Assembly: GCA_040219255.1 (NCBI GenBank)
Contig: JAVJSW010000083.1
Span: 1-43,746 of the forward strand
Reading direction: 5' to 3'
Length of the DNA stretch: 43,746 nt
From: Sumerlaeia bacterium
GTDB lineage: Bacteria; Sumerlaeota; Sumerlaeia; SLMS01; JAHLLQ01
How positions within the stretch are numbered: the stretch's first letter is position 1; each line of letters opens with the position of its first letter. Both the position numbers and the translations under genes were made by a program. Of this stretch, positions 38,156-43,746 are shown piece by piece. A model generated the notes under the pieces. It searched no databases. It saw nothing but the letters and a program-made list of their open reading frames with translations, and was not told the DNA's origin.

Positions 38156-38370
38156 GTACAGAGCGCCTCCGGTGAAAATCTGAAAACGCCTGAGGGGAGG
38201 ATGAGGATTGAGAGAGCGAGATCCCGGGCCTCGTCAGGTGCTATGAGTGATATATGTTATCTGATTTATCAGGATCAAGCCTGATTTTCAATCCTTTCGA
38301 TTTCCCGCTGAAGCTTCTCATTTCTTGATTTTGAAGGGTTTGACCTAATTCCTAGCGGTCCAATAGGCGA

Positions 38371-38739
38371 TCAGGAGCCACTGAGGGCATGGCGCTTCAA
38401 GTCCGCCAGGGAGACGAATTCGAGGGTGGCGGCGTGGGTTGCTTCGAGAATCACCGGCGGGGCCATCCCGGCCTCCAAGGCTTCGGCCCAGCGGGAGACG
38501 CAGAGGCACCAGCGGTCTCCGGCGTGGAGGCCTGGGAAGTAGGGGCGTATGGGGGTGGAGAGGTCGTTGCCTCGGCTGGCGCTGAATTCCAGGAAGTCAT
38601 CGGTCATGATCGCGCAGACCACATGGGTGCCCACGTCGTCGCGGCCGGTATGACAGCAGCCGTCGCGATAGAACCCGGTCGTGGGGTCGGTGCCGCAGGT
38701 TTGGAGTGGTCCGCCGAGGACGTTTCTGGCTTGTGACAT
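38371..38739 (-). CDS. DUF2237-family protein
   Basis: NVLG..L..C..DP.TGFYRDGCC, H.VCA, GNDLSTP, PGL..GDRWCLC..RW and ATH. Confidence 0.9.
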   Translation of the reverse strand: MSQARNVLGGPLQTCGTDPTTGFYRDGCCHTGRDDVGTHVVCAIMTDDFLEFSASRGNDLSTPIRPYFPGLHAGDRWCLCVSRWAEALEAGMAPPVILEATHAATLEFVSLADLKRHALSGS

Positions 38740-38906
38740 GGGTGGGTTGGTTCTTTCTGGAGGGGATGGGGGCAGTTTTTGTGATGACGCGGAAATCGGG
38801 CCCAGCCTTCCGGTTGACCCTCCCAATGCGGGCCTTTATTGCCAAGGACAAGGAATCTTTCGCCGTCATACGAAAGACCGACTCTCACTGTCTCGTTGTT
38901 TTTTCC

Positions 38907-40925
38907 ATGCCTGTTTTTTCTTCCCTGGTCCGTGTCAGCGCGTTGCTCGCCGGACTTGCAGCCGTTCTACTTCCTGTGGGCCTGAGCGCCCAATCCGAGG
39001 TTTCCATGCCGCTCCTGCCGCAGCCCGCCACTGTGACGCCTGGCGAAGGCACCTTCGCCCTCGCCGGGGACAGCCGACTGTTCCTGCCGCCCGATATCGA
39101 GGACCCGGAATTCATGGCGGCGCGCCGCGTGCAGGAGGCGTTTCGAGAGACGTTCGGTGCGGCGCCGCAGCTCGATCGCCTGGGTCAGCGGGGCACGCCG
39201 AAGCCGGGGGATATTCTGCTGTCCATCGCGGACGAACCGACCACGGAGCCGGGGGCGCGGGATGCGTATACGCTGGAGGTCACGGCGGAGCGAATCGCCA
39301 TCCGGGGGGCGTCGAAGTTCGGGCTGCTGAACGGTTTGCGGACGCTGGAGCAATGGGTGCGGGCGCATCCGGAGGGCGTTCCCGCCGTTTCCATCGACGA
39401 CCAGCCGGCGTTTCCGTATCGGGGGCTTCACCTGGATGTGTCGCGGGGGCGGGTGCCGAAGGTATCGAGCCTGAAGTGGTTGATCGATTATTTGGCCCAG
39501 TACAAGGCCAACATGTTCCAGCTCTATGTGGAGCATCCGTTCGAGTTCCGTTTCGATCCGGAGATCGCGCAGAACGACGACGGCCTGACGAGTGAGGACA
39601 TTCTGGAGCTGGCGCAGTATTGCGCGGACCGGCGCATCGATTTCGTGCCGAGCATTCAGAGTTTCGGCCACATGGGCGGGGTGCTGAGCCTGCCGCAGTA
39701 CCGGCATCTGGCGGATGTGGAGCTGGAAGGCACATGGGAGGAGTTGACGTGGTATCAGCGGATGACGGGGGCGACGATCAATATGCGCGACCGGCGGGCC
39801 CTGGCGCTGCTGGGGCGGATGCACGATGAGTATATTCCGCTGTTCGACAGCGAGTTCGTGAACTTCAGCGCGGACGAGACGTACGCGCTGGGTAAGGGCA
39901 AGAACGCGGAGGAGGCGGAGCGCATCGGGGTCGGCAATCTGTATCTGGAGCACATCGACTGGCTGAACGAGCAGGCGAAGCGCTATGGCCGGCGGATGAT
40001 GTTCTGGGGCGATATCGTGCTGAAGCATCCGGAGAACATCCCGGACATTCCGAAGGATACGATTCTGCTGCACTGGGGCTATTCGCCGAACACGCATTAT
40101 GAGCGATCGAAGGAGTTCGCCGAGGCGGGGCTGGATTTCTTTGTGTGCCCGGGAACGAACGGGTGGAATCGGCTGCTGAACAATGTGGAATGGGGCGATG
40201 TGAACATCCGGCGGTTCGCGGCGGCGGGCGAGAAGTATGGGGCGCTGGGCGTGTTGAACACCGATTGGGGCGATCATGGGCATATCAATCCGATGGCGAG
40301 TTCGCTGCATGGGTTCGCGCTGGGCGCGGCGATGGCGTGGAATGTGGGCGAGCCGGGGCCGGAGGCCTTCGATCGGATCTGGACCACGCATGTGTTCGAT
40401 ACCTCGACGACGGAGGTGATTCAAAGCCTGCGCGATCAGTCGGTGGGGCTGAGCAATTGGGTGGCGTTCTACTGGCCTTTTCAGGTGGAGCCGCGCTATT
40501 CGTTCCACAGCATGGACGGCAAGACGGGTGCGCGCCTGATGGAGGAGGGTGAGAAGGGCGTCGAGCTTTTCAGCCGCTATGTGCGGGAGGGGATCGGGCC
40601 GAACTGGATCGCGGAGGAGCTGCTGCTGGGGTCGAAGCTGAATGTGCTGGCGGGGCGCAAGGCGCTGCTGCTCGAACGCTGGAACGCTGCGGAGGGTGCG
40701 GCGGACGAGGCTCTGGCGGCGGATCTGCGGACGTTCGCGGACGATCTGGAGGCGGCGCTGCAGGAGATCAAGCGGGTGTGGTTGATCCGCAATCGCCCAA
40801 GCGCGGTGCAGGATATCCTGGATGTGCTGGAGGACCTGGTGACCGAGGCGCGGGCTATGGCCGACGGTCCCGCCGGGCCGGAGACGCAGCCGGTCGAGAA
40901 AGGATCGGGCGAGGGCGAGGGCTAG
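38907..40925 (+). CDS. Secreted GH20 beta-N-acetylhexosaminidase
   Basis: Signal peptide, LLPQP, D.P.F..RGLHLDVSR, P..QSFGH, catalytic ADE, WGD and T.WGD.GH. Confidence 0.9.
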   Translation: MPVFSSLVRVSALLAGLAAVLLPVGLSAQSEVSMPLLPQPATVTPGEGTFALAGDSRLFLPPDIEDPEFMAARRVQEAFRETFGAAPQLDRLGQRGTPKPGDILLSIADEPTTEPGARDAYTLEVTAERIAIRGASKFGLLNGLRTLEQWVRAHPEGVPAVSIDDQPAFPYRGLHLDVSRGRVPKVSSLKWLIDYLAQYKANMFQLYVEHPFEFRFDPEIAQNDDGLTSEDILELAQYCADRRIDFVPSIQSFGHMGGVLSLPQYRHLADVELEGTWEELTWYQRMTGATINMRDRRALALLGRMHDEYIPLFDSEFVNFSADETYALGKGKNAEEAERIGVGNLYLEHIDWLNEQAKRYGRRMMFWGDIVLKHPENIPDIPKDTILLHWGYSPNTHYERSKEFAEAGLDFFVCPGTNGWNRLLNNVEWGDVNIRRFAAAGEKYGALGVLNTDWGDHGHINPMASSLHGFALGAAMAWNVGEPGPEAFDRIWTTHVFDTSTTEVIQSLRDQSVGLSNWVAFYWPFQVEPRYSFHSMDGKTGARLMEEGEKGVELFSRYVREGIGPNWIAEELLLGSKLNVLAGRKALLLERWNAAEGAADEALAADLRTFADDLEAALQEIKRVWLIRNRPSAVQDILDVLEDLVTEARAMADGPAGPETQPVEKGSGEGEG

Positions 40926-41048
40926 GCCGAGTTGCTCCCGCGGGTCCATATCCCAGTCGGGGATGTGGTCGAAGTTGTGATGCTGGGCGATCATGGGCGG
41001 GGGCCTCCGCGCTGTTGACTGTGGAGGCAGTGTAGGGGAGGGGGCGGG

Positions 41049-41099
41049 CGCTGGCGCGTGACAAAGTGCGGTTAAACTTATGGGTTTTAACGGTGTGGG
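41049..41099 (+). repeat. 51-bp dispersed repeat (family C), copy 2
   Basis: 46/51 identical to the reverse complement of 15591-15641. Confidence 0.85.
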
Positions 41100-41251
41100 G
41101 AATAGGCGGATCCGGCGTGGGGCGCGCAGAGGCGGGGGATGTTCGTCGTTTCCGCCTGCATCGGTTTCGCCTACGTTGATGCTTGGAGGGTGTAGTCTTG
41201 CCTGGCATCCTTCGCGGACTTTAGCCGCCCTGGCTCCGATGACCGGCCACG

Positions 41252-41287
41252 AAAAAAGACATTGGGCCCCGCTTGGGGCCCAATGTC
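41252..41287 (-). terminator. Intrinsic terminator downstream of the tRNA-Gly 3' end
   Basis: 13-bp perfect stem gacattgggcccc-gctt-ggggcccaatgtc, followed by T6 on the minus strand. Confidence 0.8.
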
Positions 41288-41323
41288 ATATCAGCGTAGA
41301 GTGCTGATTTTCCTGAACGAAAA

Positions 41324-41368
41324 TGGAGCGGGACACCGGGCTCGAACCGGCGACCTCCACCTTGGCAA
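41324..41368 (-). pseudogene. 3' half of tRNA-Gly(GCC), the attachment (att) site remnant
   Basis: The minus strand reads TTGCCAA GGTGG AGGTC GCCGG TTCGAGC CCGGT GTCCCGC T CCA: anticodon loop, T arm, acceptor 3' strand and CCA. The 5' half and D arm are absent. Confidence 0.9.
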
Positions 41369-41475
41369 TCGGCTCAGCCCCTTCCCGGCTTTTCCCTACA
41401 TTACTCAAAATGCTTAGCTTACGCTTTTTCTTCGACGGCTGATTTCCCGCCATTTCACCCCGTTTCCCGGGCTCC

Positions 41476-41494
41476 GTGGGGCATATGTGGGGCA
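41476..41494. other. Candidate tyrosine-integrase arm-type binding sites
   Basis: Direct repeat GTGGGGCA-tat-GTGGGGCA (11-bp period), about 110 bp inside the att core. Confidence 0.55.
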
Positions 41495-41825
41495 GGGTTT
41501 TGAATGTCAAATAATGGAGGGCCGCTGCGCATTCTTCCCCAGGGAGCGGAGCCTCTTGTCGAGGTCAAGACGCCTGCCGACCGTGACCAGGTCCAGCCAC
41601 TGATGTTTGGGAACTTGTCTCATTGCACTTAGCCTCCAATGCCGGTAACGTTCTCGACTATCTACGCGGGAAAGGACCGATTCTCGACAGAGCCCCCAGA
41701 GGGGACAAGTTCTTCATCCATGCAGACTCACAAAAAATTCTTTGCGAAGCCTCTTGACAAGCCGGGTGGCCTTGATGAACAGTCGCGCCGATCTAATGAT
41801 CGAACTAATTATTCGGTGAGTTTGC

Positions 41826-43214
41826 ATGGACGCCCAAAAACAAATCGCAATACAGGTCTCCCCAAGCCAGATCGGCTCCGCTGATTCCTGGCTGCCCGCG
41901 CTCCATTGTGGGCTGTCGGGCCGGGTGTCTGGGATTTCTGATGCGGCCTGGAAGTTGGGTGAGCGGGCGAATGTTTTTGAGGGATTCCGGAATCCAGCAG
42001 ATCCGAAGTCCGAGTGGCGCGACGTCGAGCATGCAAAGTCACCGCTGTACCGACAGGGAAACGTCTCAGCGTTCAGGATCGAGGTAGACGGCGATCATTG
42101 GCAGCGTCCGATCGTCTCCGGCGACTACTGCGTTCACCCTGACGACGTGCTGGTCTCGCGAATCCCGCCTGTGCGGGCGAGCATCGTCACGACCCGCCAT
42201 CATCGCCATCCCATCGATCCACAACTCTTTTGCGTGCGTGGGCTCTCGCTTGCTGAGGGGGTGTGGGCCACCACCCTGCTGAACAGCGCCGAGTACGAGG
42301 CCTACCTGGTTGCCAGTTCCGCCAGCCAAGCCCTCCCACGCGTATCCCTTAGGGCATTGCGAAAAGCTCCAGTCCCACAGGTTCCCGAAGTGGCGACGCG
42401 TTGGGCATCCAGCGTCCTCCTCGTTCTGGGGGAAATGGTGGCGAATCAGGAGCGCCTGTTCCGTCTCCAGGAGGAAGTGGAGAATGCTGTCGACGGTCTT
42501 GCCGCTGGAGTGGAATCAAAGGCCGGGACGCGGCTCTGGAGCCGCGTCCCGGCGCCAGCCCTCACCGCAGATTCCTGGGTGCCTGCTCACGTCGAGAGCA
42601 ATGCCGCCCTAATGGCGTTGGCCGATGCGGGCTGGTGCCCTCTTGTTGATCTTGTCCGCCAATCGCCCACCATTCGCCTGAAGTCATGGCCGCAAGAGGC
42701 ACAGGGACTATCGCTGGCCGATGTCTCCAGATACTTCATTCCTGAAGAGGAACAGTCGGCCCCAGGGACGCGACCTGGTCGGTACTACGCCACTCCGGTG
42801 AAACCGGGAGACGTGCTGATGTCCACATTGGTCAGCTCTCCCAAGGTCGCCTACGCCGACATTTCAACCCCCGCATATATCCATGCGGTGGACCTTTGGG
42901 CTCGATTGCAATTCCGGGAAACCTCCGGCGCCTACGCGCTGATGCTTGGGTGCTCGTCTGTCCGCGATGAACTGCGTCACCTGGCTGTGGGGACAGCCCA
43001 GCAGTTCGCCACCGCTTCTTCCCTTCTGAGACTTTGCCTCCCGCCTGTTGATCGTGAAACCCGTGAACGTTGGCACCGACGCCTCGAAGACGTGCTGCTC
43101 GAACGCCGCCGTTTGGAGAAACAGTTCCGCGATTTGCGGCTCGAAGGCCGCCGCATGGTAGCCGAAGCCCTGAACATCCCATGGTCGGAGATGAAAGCGA
43201 GGCCGATGAAATGA
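41826..43214 (+). CDS. HsdS-like (restriction-modification specificity subunit-like) protein with two TRD-type repeats
   Basis: Internal duplication ADSWLPA / ADSWVPA, PDDVLVS / PGDVLMS and SQALPRVSLRALRKAPVP / GTAQQFATASSLLRLCLP, each followed by a coiled-coil helix. Confidence 0.7.
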   Translation: MDAQKQIAIQVSPSQIGSADSWLPALHCGLSGRVSGISDAAWKLGERANVFEGFRNPADPKSEWRDVEHAKSPLYRQGNVSAFRIEVDGDHWQRPIVSGDYCVHPDDVLVSRIPPVRASIVTTRHHRHPIDPQLFCVRGLSLAEGVWATTLLNSAEYEAYLVASSASQALPRVSLRALRKAPVPQVPEVATRWASSVLLVLGEMVANQERLFRLQEEVENAVDGLAAGVESKAGTRLWSRVPAPALTADSWVPAHVESNAALMALADAGWCPLVDLVRQSPTIRLKSWPQEAQGLSLADVSRYFIPEEEQSAPGTRPGRYYATPVKPGDVLMSTLVSSPKVAYADISTPAYIHAVDLWARLQFRETSGAYALMLGCSSVRDELRHLAVGTAQQFATASSLLRLCLPPVDRETRERWHRRLEDVLLERRRLEKQFRDLRLEGRRMVAEALNIPWSEMKARPMK

Positions 43215-43591
43215 ACCGAGAACTGATCTCCGAAGCCCGCGCCGCGTTGGCTGCGGGACCCACCGACCTCAGCAAGGTCCACGATCGTCTGAAAAGGGCT
43301 GGCAGCTCCTGGAGCGCCGCCCAGCACCACCTGTTCTTCCTGGCGCATCCGACATTTTCGGTCGTAGGCGATCAGGTCACCATCCAAAGCCAAGGGGGAA
43401 GCGGCGACGATCACCTGCTTTCCGAAATCATCAAGATCGTCGAGGCCTCCAGTCAGCCCCTGCCGCCCAGGGAAATCCGCAACCGGCTGCCGTCCGGCAT
43501 GACCACAACCGACGAGCAAGTCAAAGCGCTCGCCAAGAAATCACCCGCCCTCGACGTTTTTGGGCCGGGGCTTATTCGACCTGGGAGGTAA
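43211..43591 (+). CDS. Small hypothetical protein (126 aa), possibly two winged-helix-like modules
   Basis: ATGA overlap with the upstream stop. Two about 60-aa helix-helix-helix-beta units joined by QGGSG (LLSEIIKIVEASSQPLPPREIRNRL). Confidence 0.65.
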   Translation: MNRELISEARAALAAGPTDLSKVHDRLKRAGSSWSAAQHHLFFLAHPTFSVVGDQVTIQSQGGSGDDHLLSEIIKIVEASSQPLPPREIRNRLPSGMTTTDEQVKALAKKSPALDVFGPGLIRPGR

Positions 43592-43593
43592 GC

Positions 43594-43746
43594 ATGACCA
43601 CGAAGACACTCAATATTTCCGAAGCAACACTTAGCTCCTGGGCAAAGGGGCCGGGACAGACCGAATCTGACAAGTGCGAGAACGCCGTACGGGCCATTCG
43701 TAAGGCCATCAACGCGAGTGCTGATCTTGCCAAGCTCGACATCACC
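43594..43746 (+). CDS. N-terminus (51 aa, truncated by the window) of a probable CdnE-like CD-NTase / SMODS nucleotidyltransferase
   Basis: GGGAGG RBS, then MTTKTLNISEATLSSWAKGPGQTESDKCENAVRAIRKAINASADLAKLDIT. This matches the recalled clade-E CD-NTase start (E..L..W..P.S.TE..KC.NA...I..A) that precedes the QGSY motif. Catalytic motifs lie outside the window. Confidence 0.7.
   Translation, partial: MTTKTLNISEATLSSWAKGPGQTESDKCENAVRAIRKAINASADLAKLDIT

Larger units (their letters stand above)
41324..43746. mobile_element. Left end of a genomic island or integrative element inserted in tRNA-Gly(GCC); continues beyond the window
   Basis: tRNA 3' fragment truncated exactly at the anticodon loop, arm-type direct repeats inside, lower GC, and defence-type cargo. 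No integrase in the window. Confidence 0.8.

Noticed and set aside
41324-41400. Intact tRNA-Gly gene
   Set aside because: The sequence beyond 41368 cannot form the anticodon 5' stem, D arm or acceptor 5' strand. Only the 3' half is present.

Overview
High-GC bacterial chromosomal window from a diderm (lpxK present). The C-terminal 'SSVADWSIME' tail of the first gene tentatively suggests Ca. Sumerlaeota/BRC1; this is from recall and unverified. Most of the window is housekeeping or metabolic: recJ, pfkA, rnpB, hsp20, hemW, pgk, lpxK, dppB, dat, hppA, and GH13 and GH20 hydrolases. Accessory DNA is interspersed: (i) a three-gene HigBA-like toxin-antitoxin cassette right after rnpB; (ii) an ABC-ATPase + DUF4276/TOPRIM-like defence-type pair; (iii) from 41324 to the window end, the left end of an element integrated at tRNA-Gly(GCC). 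That element has a 45-bp att fragment and arm-type repeats. Its first operon tightly couples an HsdS-like specificity protein, a small tandem winged-helix-like protein and the N-terminus of a CdnE-like CD-NTase (CBASS synthase) that the ORF track missed. Also notable are a Pnkp derivative that keeps its kinase but lacks the phosphatase domain and the ligase catalytic lysine, and three families of dispersed intergenic repeats. All calls come from motif recognition by eye; no searches were run.
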